This document shows, piece after piece, positions 9,562-17,027 of a stretch of DNA of 47,775 nt; position 1 is the stretch's first letter; every line of letters starts with the position of its first letter. The notes under the pieces were generated by a model, which worked only from the letters and a program-made list of their open reading frames with translations, made no database searches and was not told the origin of the DNA. The position numbers and the translations under genes were made by a program. Source of the DNA: a virus (taxonomy: Duplodnaviria > Heunggongvirae > Uroviricota > Caudoviricetes); the IMG/VR virus record IMGVR_UViG_3300037400_004417; one strand, given 5' to 3'.

Positions 9562-9822
9562 TTAATCTTCGCCGCCATTCTTCTTTTCGTTAATTAATCT
9601 AATCAAATCGCCGACAGTCCTGACTTTTTCAACTTCTTTATCATCAGTCCAGATGCCAAATTCTTCTTCAATAGCCATTATTATCTCAACAATATCTAAA
9701 GAATCTGCGCTTAAATCCTTATAGATATTAGTATCTATCGTAATTACGTCATTTTCACATTCAGGCATTGCATTTCTAATGATATCAATTAACTTATTTA
9801 ACAGTTTCTTGTTTACTGCCAT
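9562..9822 (-). CDS. acpP: acyl carrier protein
   Basis: DLSADSLDIVEIIMAIEEEFGI phosphopantetheine-site motif, ends TVGDLIRLI. Confidence 0.92.
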   Translation of the reverse strand: MAVNKKLLNKLIDIIRNAMPECENDVITIDTNIYKDLSADSLDIVEIIMAIEEEFGIWTDDKEVEKVRTVGDLIRLINEKKNGGED

Positions 9823-9838
9823 ACATTCGCCTCAGACC

Positions 9839-10285
9839 TTAATCCCACAAATCGTCGAAGTATTTAACGAATAACATCTTTCCTTCTTCTATTTCTTTCA
9901 TAAACTCTTTCTGTTTAGCTTTTAATTCTTCGGTATAAATAGGATACTTTTCATTACTTCTCGTAACAAGATTACCGTTTTCGTCTCTTTCAGTTATAAG
10001 AAGTTCATCACCATGTTCTTTGTGCATTCTCTCATACTCTAAATTAAAAGGAGAATTCGGGTAATCTCTAGATATTTCACGAAAAGTCCAAATCATCTTA
10101 TCCAAAATGGTTTCCCATTCATCAATAGTTACTGTACCAGGATACCCACAACGCTTAGCTTTCTTGAATTGAACCAAACCTTTGTAGATATGACGGGACA
10201 AAGTATCTCCAAGATTCCATATTTCTATGTTGTTGAATTTCGGGCCCTTAATAGCCCTACACTTGCTTCTATATCTATTATTCAT
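9839..10285 (-). CDS. conserved hypothetical phage protein
   Basis: WNL..TL, GYP, W..ILDKMIW.F motifs; ATG at 10285 has SD GGAG. Confidence 0.7.
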   Translation of the reverse strand: MNNRYRSKCRAIKGPKFNNIEIWNLGDTLSRHIYKGLVQFKKAKRCGYPGTVTIDEWETILDKMIWTFREISRDYPNSPFNLEYERMHKEHGDELLITERDENGNLVTRSNEKYPIYTEELKAKQKEFMKEIEEGKMLFVKYFDDLWD

Positions 10286-10333
10286 CGTTTTCTCCACGTG
10301 TAGTTAACTATACCAAGAAAGGAGAATCGTATA

Positions 10334-10528
10334 ATGAACGATTTCGCTAGTTTTTATATCGGCTTTGTTCTTGTAATTGCCTGCGCAGCTATCCTTGTAT
10401 TATATACTGCCCGGGATGTAATAATAGACATAATGCAGTCGATTAAAAGTGGCAATAAATGTAAATCATCCTTTAGCATAAGCAAAAAGGGCATTGTATT
10501 TACATTTGAAGCTAGATCTAACAACTAA
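10334..10528 (+). CDS. small membrane protein, type I toxin-like
   Basis: SD AAAGGAGA, N-terminal hydrophobic helix, basic C-terminus, followed by hairpin; opposite strand to neighbours. Confidence 0.6.
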   Translation: MNDFASFYIGFVLVIACAAILVLYTARDVIIDIMQSIKSGNKCKSSFSISKKGIVFTFEARSNN

Positions 10529-10587
10529 TCAATAGTCTCTTTTTGCGGCTTAACTTAGAGAGGCTATTTTTTATTTGCTTACCATAG

Positions 10588-10854
10588 TCATATCCAACAA
10601 TAGTCATATAATTTCTTATATATACTATAATTAGATACATCTTCGTTATATACAGACATTCTTCTTATTATTCTGTTAGCATAATTCTTATAGAATTTGC
10701 TATGTTTCTTACAATGCTTAATAAGACCAGCGCGATTAATATAAACATTATGTTTATAGGAACAGAGGCGGCCGTGATAATCGTAAAAAGATGATAAATC
10801 ACGCCGTTTTCCTTCTCTTTTCCTTTTATATTTATTGAGGCGAAACTTTTTCAT
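10588..10854 (-). CDS. Lys/Arg-rich hypothetical protein
   Basis: 88 aa, SD GAGGTGA. Confidence 0.6.
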   Translation of the reverse strand: MKKFRLNKYKRKREGKRRDLSSFYDYHGRLCSYKHNVYINRAGLIKHCKKHSKFYKNYANRIIRRMSVYNEDVSNYSIYKKLYDYCWI

Positions 10855-10882
10855 AGCATATTAGTCACCTCTCAATATATAA

Positions 10883-10956
10883 TGGAGCTTTCTGTCGGAA
10901 TCGAACCAACGACTAAGATTTACGAAACCTTTGTTTTGCCATTAAACTAAGAAAGC
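10883..10956 (-). tRNA. tRNA-Thr(CGT)
   Basis: Cloverleaf GCTTTCT.., loop TT-CGT-AA, GTTCGATTC, encoded CCA. Confidence 0.9.
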
Positions 10957-11114
10957 ATAATAAGTGGTAGGATCACCGGTAACCTACCTTTCAGCTAGCC
11001 ACTGCTGTTAGTTTGCCCTGTAACTAATCGACGGCTATATCGTTAGTCATACAAACTCCGATTTCTCTTAACGGTGATGGATAAACCGACCTTTTTAAAT
11101 CAAGGATTTTAGAC

Positions 11115-11190
11115 GGTCTGTACATGGATTTGAACCACGGACCCTTTTCGTCTCCGCGACGAATGCTCTACCAAACTGAGCTATACAGAC
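11115..11190 (-). tRNA. tRNA with atypical loop CG-CGG-AG (Pro(CGG)-like)
   Basis: Good acceptor, D and T arms; stem TTCGT/ACGAA; lacks U33 and G37; no CCA. Confidence 0.6.
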
Positions 11191-11239
11191 ATAATATTTG
11201 TGGCGGTCTTAAGTATAATTCAAATTATCCCGCCGCCAC

Positions 11240-11460
11240 CCGAGACGTTTATCTTTCTTGGTGTAAACAACCATTGACATAGCCACTAACCTATGCCCTG
11301 TTTGACTAGTTATTTAGAGTGGAATAAGTATTAACTTTCGTGAAATATCTATATTCTCTGGTTACAAACTATTTTCTTACGATTACTGAGCTAGGTCCTC
11401 AGAGACATATAGTATCTTAGCAAGAGGGCTATTGCAACACTCAACCTATTTCTGTCTCAG
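11240..11460 (-). ncRNA. unknown structured RNA candidate
   Basis: Ends CTGAGAC/GTCTCGG pair; internal stems CTGAG/CTCAG, GGCATAG/CTATGTC, GTTTA/TAAAC; no ORF. Confidence 0.4.
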
Positions 11461-11498
11461 AAAAATATAAATATATTTATTACTCGTTGATAAATACC

Positions 11499-11570
11499 GA
11501 CAGCCGAAAAGAGTTGCACTTTTCGTTCTTTAGGAGTAAGGGTGGGTCCCAAAGCCAACTCGGAAACTGC
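11499..11570 (-). pseudogene. degenerate tRNA-like sequence
   Basis: T arm AAAAG-TGCAACT-CTTTT and wobbly acceptor stem; anticodon stem poorly paired. Confidence 0.4.
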
Positions 11571-11840
11571 ATGTTATAAATTATTTACTTTGAATTAATA
11601 ATTCTACTTCTATGTTTGAGATTTATAGGTCTATTTTTTGCTGATATTATATTATTATCTATATTAGTTCTAATTACATATAAAGGTATAAAAACATCTT
11701 TTTCATCTTTCTTTGGTGTATTATTATTGTATGGATTTTTGTATAACGGAATAAAATCTTTCATAGATATCTCCTATATATCGTAATTGCAAAGAGAGTA
11801 AGAATTGAATGTAAAAATACTGTATTTTAAAGAGTTTAAA

Positions 11841-11914
11841 TGGCGGCGGGTACAGGTGCTGCCCCTGTGCTAACTGAGTCAAAGTCAGTTGGACTACTGT
11901 TATCCGAACCCGCT
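11841..11914 (-). tRNA. tRNA-Gln(TTG)
   Basis: ACTGA-CT TTG AC-TCAGT, encoded CCA, atypical T loop GGCAGCA, A1:C72 mismatch. Confidence 0.8.
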
Positions 11915-11933
11915 ATGCTATTATATAAATAAA

Positions 11934-11971
11934 GTTCAAGCTGAGTGCCTTAACCGACTTGGCTAACCCCC
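11934..11971 (-). pseudogene. 5' half of a tRNA-Ser(TGA)-like gene, 3' half missing
   Basis: GGGGGTTAGCCAAGTCGGTTAAGGCACTCAGCTTGAAC then AT-rich spacer. Confidence 0.55.
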
Positions 11972-12079
11972 TGTATTAATATATATTTATACCTTCACAT
12001 GTATTGGTTAAGGTGTTTTTATCTTTGGCTATAATATTTAATTATTATTTATCTATACACCTGTTTTCAAAATGCGGAG

Positions 12080-12526
12080 TTATGGTGCCGATGCAGTTAA
12101 AAAATCAATATAACTTTTTATATAAGAAGAATCAATATTATAAAAAGCTCCTTGATCTGGTAATTTTTTTGCATCAAAAGTTATTGCACTTTCTTTCATA
12201 GCAATTATTATATCTTTACTGATATTCATTGTAAACCAAATAGCATCAGAAGATCTGAAGGTTTTTTCTATAGTAATTTGATTCTGTAACATCTTAAGTA
12301 ATTGTCTCACACTGATATTAACTATAACATATTTCTCATCAGCAGAATTATACGTCATAACTAAATATCTTTCTGTAGCCTCTTTATTCGTACAAACAAA
12401 CAAAATAGGTTCCCATGCTACTACCAATTCCATTTCCATATACAAATCACCAAAACCCTCAATAGTATTCCATAATTCTCGTTCCATAATTATTCCTCCT
12501 TCTCTATTATAAGAGGAAATTATCAA
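12080..12526 (-). CDS. hypothetical protein
   Basis: ORF with EPILFVC motif; likely start MERELW with SD GGAGG. Confidence 0.6.
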   Translation of the reverse strand: MIISSYNREGGIIMERELWNTIEGFGDLYMEMELVVAWEPILFVCTNKEATERYLVMTYNSADEKYVIVNISVRQLLKMLQNQITIEKTFRSSDAIWFTMNISKDIIIAMKESAITFDAKKLPDQGAFYNIDSSYIKSYIDFLTASAP

Positions 12527-12698
12527 TCTTAAAATCTTTTACAACAATTTCTATAGGTTTTGGTTCATGTTGTAATCCATATCCTTTTGCTGTTAATCCA
12601 AGAAATGCTGCTATCATTAATATCCATATTAACAACCCAATAATAACTATAATGATATCAATACCATCTTCATCATGCATATCAATTACCTCAAAGAA

Positions 12699-12887
12699 TT
12701 AATCTTCTAAAAGAGTTTGTCCAGTCTTAAATACATACCCTACTTCACCGCATTTACATTCTATATCTTTCAGCAACAAAGATTCTGGATATACACCTAT
12801 CCATCTGTGTAGACATTTTAGACACATTAATTCAGATACTTCATGAGGACGATAATCATCTAATTCTACTATTTTAGTTTTATTCAT
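12699..12887 (-). CDS. small zinc-finger protein, tandem paralog 1
   Basis: ELMCLKC..RW...C.CGE.GYV.KTGQ shared with 12880-13065. Confidence 0.75.
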   Translation of the reverse strand: MNKTKIVELDDYRPHEVSELMCLKCLHRWIGVYPESLLLKDIECKCGEVGYVFKTGQTLLED

Positions 12888-13065
12888 TATTTTTAAATTG
12901 TATATATATCTGTCCAGTTTTAATTACATATCCTGTTTCACCACATTGACACTTTACATTCTTTAACTGTGATTGCATTTCTGAATGTGACGCTGTCCAT
13001 CTGTTAAAACATTTTAGACACATTAGTTCAGGCATCTCACGATGATTAAAGTATTGCTTATTCAT
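12880..13065 (-). CDS. small zinc-finger protein, tandem paralog 2
   Basis: See 12699-12887. Confidence 0.75.
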   Translation of the reverse strand: MNKQYFNHREMPELMCLKCFNRWTASHSEMQSQLKNVKCQCGETGYVIKTGQIYIQFKNNE

Positions 13066-13490
13066 ACGAATTCCCCTGTTAATAAACCTCTATAATGTCT
13101 TTATTTACATCAGCGTTTATTAAAACAATAAGTGTACCGTCATCGTTACCAGAGTACATAACAGGTGTCTTATCTGGATCAAGATTGTATTCCTTACACT
13201 TTTTAATAAGATCTCCTACTGTTAATTCGTTGACTGTCGCCATTTTGTTTCCCTCCCTTCCTTGTTGACTTATCTATGCTACCTATGATAATATATAAGA
13301 AGTCAAGACGCTGATATCCATATTATACTCCCACTTTTCACCAATGGTAGACAATCTATCGTTAAGATTTTTCTCGCGGCGGGCTTAACGCCGCGATACA
13401 TGTAGGCCTGAGCTAGTAACTGGTTAGTGGCCAGCAGAACACTCCGCCGAAGTTATGTTTTGAAAAATTAACTGAAGGTGGTGGTGTATA

Positions 13491-13640
13491 ATGGGAATAA
13501 ATTGGATTTTACTGTCCGAAGTATTTCGTAACATTGCTTATGGTGTTTCAGCCTTAGTATATGCTTACGTTACTTTAGTGAATATGTGGTCAACTACCCC
13601 TCATCTAACACCTACGGTGTTTGAGATGGGGGGCTTGTAA
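13491..13640 (+). CDS. small hydrophobic peptide (32 aa before insertion, 49 aa now), type I toxin-like
   Basis: SD AAGGTGGTGG; MGINWILLSEVFRNIAYGVSALVYAYVTLVNM; removing 13589-13850 restores TGA TGA. Confidence 0.55.
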   Translation: MGINWILLSEVFRNIAYGVSALVYAYVTLVNMWSTTPHLTPTVFEMGGL

Positions 13641-13850
13641 GTCGGAGAATCATAGGTACTGGCGATACGTTAAAAGTATCTCCCTAATTCCGCCTACATC
13701 ATCGGGTGGTTGACAGCACCCGTTTTACTTCTGAAATTTACTCTGAAGTAGTTATTTAATTTACGAGTGCCTTATTTTAACCGTTCTCTCGTATTTTTAA
13801 GTCATTCCTTCCAGACTTAAAGAAATCGGGGTATCCTGCCAACAATTTAA
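13589..13850 (-). mobile_element. non-autonomous IS200/IS605 miniature of the 30350-31861 element, retaining both ends and omegaRNA
   Basis: LE GTTGGCAGGATACCCCGA and about 155-nt RE/omegaRNA closely match 30357-30400 and 31710-31861; same TTCAT left flank. Confidence 0.88.
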
Positions 13851-14201
13851 ATGAAAATTTGTCAACGTCTTGACTTTTATTTCTTTCCTTCGTCGATTTT
13901 ATCCTAATTTCAGCAAGAATATTAAGAAATACGATATAGTCATTCCAAGTCCATTCAGTTATAATTTTTTTGTTTTTCAATAAAAATCTCCTAGAACATA
14001 TTAAACAATTTTTTAGAGGCTAATCATATATAGCCAATCGCGGGTGTGCACCCCTATTGTATGCTTTAAGCCTTTGTCATTCCGATTAATATATTTATAT
14101 TATATATTGCTATTAAGAAATCGGGCGCGATTTGTAGCTATTACTCTTAGCCTCTGTCCAAAAATTGCGAAGGGTAGCTAATCCTTCCATGTAATTGTTG
14201 T

Positions 14202-14276
14202 TTGCCGCAATTGGATTTGCACCAATATCTCCTGCCGGATATTTACAGGCGCTTTGTCTCATTAAGCTATGCGACC
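14202..14276 (-). pseudogene. tRNA-like sequence with 9-nt anticodon loop
   Basis: Stem CCTGT/GCAGG around AAATATCCG; T arm ATTGG-TGCAAAT-CCAAT. Confidence 0.5.
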
Positions 14277-14282
14277 GTATTA

Positions 14283-14366
14283 TGGTGGTCCCAGCGTGAC
14301 TTGAACACTGCATCTGCGCCATCTGCGCCTTGAAGGGCGCCGTCCTAACCTTTAGACTATGGGACC
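14283..14366 (-). tRNA. aberrant tRNA-Glu-derived gene (6-nt loop CTTCAA, 9-nt duplication, CCA)
   Basis: GGTCCCATAGTCTAAAGGTTAGGACG scaffold, GCGCC/GGCGC stem, GCGCAGATG duplicated. Confidence 0.6.
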
Positions 14367-14370
14367 ATAT

Positions 14371-14467
14371 TGCAGCAGGGGCGGGACTTGAACCCGCACA
14401 TTATCCCTATCAGAAGTAGCGCTACTTCTCCATCCAGATTTGCCTTCACCAATTTGGCTACCCTGCA
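14371..14467 (-). tRNA. tRNA-like RNA with palindromic insert in place of anticodon arm
   Basis: GCAGGG/CCCTGC acceptor, GCC/GGC D stem, GCGGG-TTCAAGT-CCCGC T arm, AGAAGTAGCGCTACTTCT palindrome. Confidence 0.5.
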
Positions 14468-14600
14468 TGTTATTGAGCAGGTAATCATGATATTAATGTA
14501 TCAAGTTGACTAGACCATAAGATTTGCACTTATTTCTTTCACGAGGGCTCCTGCTCTTTAGTCCTTTGAACGCATTACTATATGCTAAGTCTATATATTA

Positions 14601-14676
14601 TGGCTCTCGGTGCAAGGCTCGAACTTGCGACCCATTGGTTAACAGCCAATTGCTCTACCTACTGAGCTAACCGAGA
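14601..14676 (-). tRNA. tRNA-Asn(GTT)
   Basis: Canonical cloverleaf, CT-GTT-AA, CCA. Confidence 0.93.
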
Positions 14677-14681
14677 ATATT

Positions 14682-14756
14682 TGGTGCGGCCGGAGAATTA
14701 CGATATCTCGACCCCGCGCTTAAAAGGCGCGTGCTCTACCTCTGAGCTACGACCGC
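14682..14756 (-). tRNA. tRNA-Lys(TTT)
   Basis: CGCGC-CT TTT AA-GCGCG, CCA, atypical T loop. Confidence 0.88.
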
Positions 14757-14837
14757 ATTTTATTTTTAATCAAATTTAGTTTCGTTATTATAACTACTTA
14801 TGTAGCAAACCACGTAAAGGTATTGATTACTTGCTAC

Positions 14838-14908
14838 AGCGGCATACGAATTCTGCCATCGCGTCTCCTGATTGGAAGTCAGGTATTCTTCTTCTGAACT
14901 AAAACCGC
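14838..14908 (-). tRNA. tRNA-Gly(TCC), degenerate copy
   Basis: CCTGA-CT TCC AA-TCAGG; T arm and acceptor imperfect; no CCA. Confidence 0.55.
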
Positions 14909-15048
14909 ATGATAATTTTCTTGATTTCTCTGAACGAATATGATATTATATAGAAAGTTATTCTTGAACCTAATCGGATAAGGACATTTGTAATCGTTTT
15001 TGAAGTCTCTGCGTAGGGTTAACTCTATATTGAAAGGAGACATGAGCG

Positions 15049-15246
15049 ATGAGTCTGTATCTAGATCTTTCTATTGAAGGTCTTCTTGGCATAATTACCT
15101 GCGTTGTTGTGTATATACTCACAACCCGGGATGTAGCCACTCTAACAAGTTTGAAGAACCATCAGAAGATTGAAAGCGTTCGTACAACTGTTGTCCTAAA
15201 CGGATTAAAGTTGGCGATTAAGCGCTTGATTAAGTTCAAGAAATAA
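15049..15246 (+). CDS. small membrane protein, type I toxin-like
   Basis: SD GAAAGGAGA, upstream TTGATT-17-TATTAT, hydrophobic N-term, basic C-term IKFKK, downstream hairpin. Confidence 0.65.
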   Translation: MSLYLDLSIEGLLGIITCVVVYILTTRDVATLTSLKNHQKIESVRTTVVLNGLKLAIKRLIKFKK

Positions 15247-15300
15247 CTCTGGCTCTTTCGTGAGGCTTAAGCACGGGAGAGCTTTTTCATTACATTTTAT

Positions 15301-15374
15301 TGGAGCGGCATAACAGAATCGAACTGTCAACATTTGCTTGGAAGGCAAAGGTTTTTCCATTAAACTAATGCCGC
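15301..15374 (-). tRNA. tRNA-Gly(TCC)
   Basis: Canonical, CT-TCC-AA, CCA. Confidence 0.92.
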
Positions 15375-15404
15375 ATATCAATATTTTCTTGATTTTTCTA
15401 CTAA

Positions 15405-15481
15405 TGGTCGGGATAGCAGGACTCGAACCTGCGACTTCCTCGTCCCAAGCGAGGCGCCCTACCAAACTAGGCTATATCCCG
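15405..15481 (-). tRNA. tRNA-Pro(TGG)
   Basis: Canonical, CT-TGG-GA, CCA. Confidence 0.95.
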
Positions 15482-15487
15482 ATACTA

Positions 15488-15561
15488 TGGCGCCGGCAAA
15501 TGGATTTGCACCATTATCTGAACCCTACCAGGTCCAAATCTTACTGTTAGACCATACCGGC
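15488..15561 (-). tRNA. tRNA with 8-nt anticodon loop (CTGGTAGG), identity undetermined
   Basis: Acceptor GCCGGTA/TGCCGGC, stem TGGAC/GTTCA, T loop TGCAAAT, CCA. Confidence 0.6.
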
Positions 15562-15693
15562 ATTATATATACCGTGGAGAACCCTAAACCACGGCTTGAA
15601 CCATTGATCTCCTTATACATCCTATTTGACAGAGATAGTATTCTTTTTCCTAGAAGAAATAGGCATCTTTCTAAGAAGGCGTTTGATTATAAC

Positions 15694-16083
15694 TCAATAG
15701 TGCCAATAAAGAATTTCGTTACCACAGTCTTTGCAAATATAGGTATACCCATATCCTAGACCATCTAAACAAGAATCCATCTGTAAATTAGTACTTCCAC
15801 ATTTACAAGCAATAACATCATTTTTCTTTATATAGCCATGTCTAACAATAAACTTTCTAGTTTTTCTCCTATATCGCCACCATTTATCGGATGCCCGCAT
15901 TTGCTTAGTAGACTCAAATTTAGAATTTTTATGCAAAAGCAAATCGATATATCTACAAGCTCTTTTGTGTGCAATAGCTTTTATAGGCATAGAAGAAATA
16001 CTACTTTTATTGTCATAATAAGCATAAGCATTTTTGTGATTATATTTAGTATTCTTTTTAGCTTTCTTAATATACTTGTTCAT
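15694..16083 (-). CDS. basic hypothetical protein with C-terminal zinc ribbon
   Basis: CKCG...CKDCG; SD GAGGAG. Confidence 0.6.
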   Translation of the reverse strand: MNKYIKKAKKNTKYNHKNAYAYYDNKSSISSMPIKAIAHKRACRYIDLLLHKNSKFESTKQMRASDKWWRYRRKTRKFIVRHGYIKKNDVIACKCGSTNLQMDSCLDGLGYGYTYICKDCGNEILYWHY

Positions 16084-16170
16084 AGTGAACTACTCCTCTT
16101 GAATTAATTAGTTTCATCATTTAAGACTACTTATATGCATCACCGCGTAAAGGTTTAATTCTTGACGCAC

Positions 16171-16243
16171 TGGATCCGGAGAATTTTGCAATCTCGGCCT
16201 ATTGTTTATGAGACAATTGCTCTGACTTCTGAGCTACGGATCC
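16171..16243 (-). tRNA. tRNA-Met/Ile2(CAT)
   Basis: ATTGT-CT CAT AA-ACAAT, GGATCCG/CGGATCC acceptor, no CCA. Confidence 0.8.
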
Positions 16244-16250
16244 GTATTTT

Positions 16251-16478
16251 TCAATATAATTCTAATTCTTCTTCTATACTTCTTATATTATATTTCTCTT
16301 CGAAAAATTCTTTATTTAACCACTTCATGCTGCAATATTTGTATCTGCAATAACAATTATAACTTTTATACTCGCAGAATTCACAACACCAAAGAATTTT
16401 TGGTGGCTCGTTTCTATATTTTCTTCTTTTTTTTGTTTTTAGCCAGAAAATTTCATAATTATCTCTTCTAAAAAGCAC
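16251..16478 (-). CDS. Cys-rich hypothetical protein
   Basis: 75-aa ORF between tRNAs. Confidence 0.45.
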   Translation of the reverse strand: MLFRRDNYEIFWLKTKKRRKYRNEPPKILWCCEFCEYKSYNCYCRYKYCSMKWLNKEFFEEKYNIRSIEEELELY

Positions 16479-16552
16479 TGGCTATTATTTCCTCGCCAGC
16501 TAGATATAAATATATATTTGGACTACCGTTAGGAAGTCAGGAACTAAATTAA

Positions 16553-16639
16553 TGGAGCCGTCTGTCAGATTCGAACTGACGACATCTTTCGATTCCGGTT
16601 TACAAAACCGGCGCAATAGACCAACTATGCGAAGACGGC
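16553..16639 (-). tRNA. tRNA-Thr(TGT) with long variable arm
   Basis: CCGGT-TT TGT AA-ACCGG; extra arm ATC-GAAA-GAT; CCA. Confidence 0.85.
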
Positions 16640-16644
16640 ATTTT

Positions 16645-16970
16645 GAAGCGGTGTTTAACCCACTATATCTTTACAGCTTTCTGCAGTTACTGTATCGATC
16701 CTCTGGCTTCAATAGTTAATACTACCTATTCCAAGAGGCCACCGCAAAGGAAATCAATTGTTATCGCCGCGATCCCGGGTAATCCCTGATGCATATAACA
16801 TTGAAATGTAAGCTCGCTTATATTTTAGTACCTTTCAGGTCTTTCACCTATGGATCTAGTACTATATCCAGATACTGCTATTGTATACTTCTTACAGCAA
16901 GAAGATTCGTTTTCTTTCAGAAATTCTCTCACCATTTCCTAGCCAAGATTACGGATTAACGAATTAACCT
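16645..16970 (-). ncRNA. large multi-stem ncRNA candidate between tRNAs
   Basis: Stems AGGT-GAAA-(G)ACCT, TGGAT/ATCCA, TTCTT/AAGAA, CCTCTTGG/CCAGAGG, TACAG/CTGTA; no ORF. Confidence 0.45.
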
Positions 16971-17027
16971 ATAATAAAAGGAGAAGTAATATGAGTTGTA
17001 TTCTTGTCTTAGCTCAAGAAAAAAGAT

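Noticed and set aside
11200-11470. tmRNA or RNase P RNA
   Set aside because: No tRNA-Ala-like termini or tag ORF; RNase P signature GAGGAAAGUCC not found
13777-13980. 67-aa ORF as a real gene or TnpB remnant
   Set aside because: Its second half is read through the IS left end; no TnpB similarity
14030-14090. Additional tRNA-Leu-like remnant
   Set aside because: Only a weak T-arm-like GGGTGCACACCC and partial acceptor pairing; too degenerate to call
14113-16353. Track ORFs overlapping tRNAs (14113-14322, 15205-15465, 15338-15550, 15487-15759, 16162-16353)
   Set aside because: Shadow frames across tRNA genes
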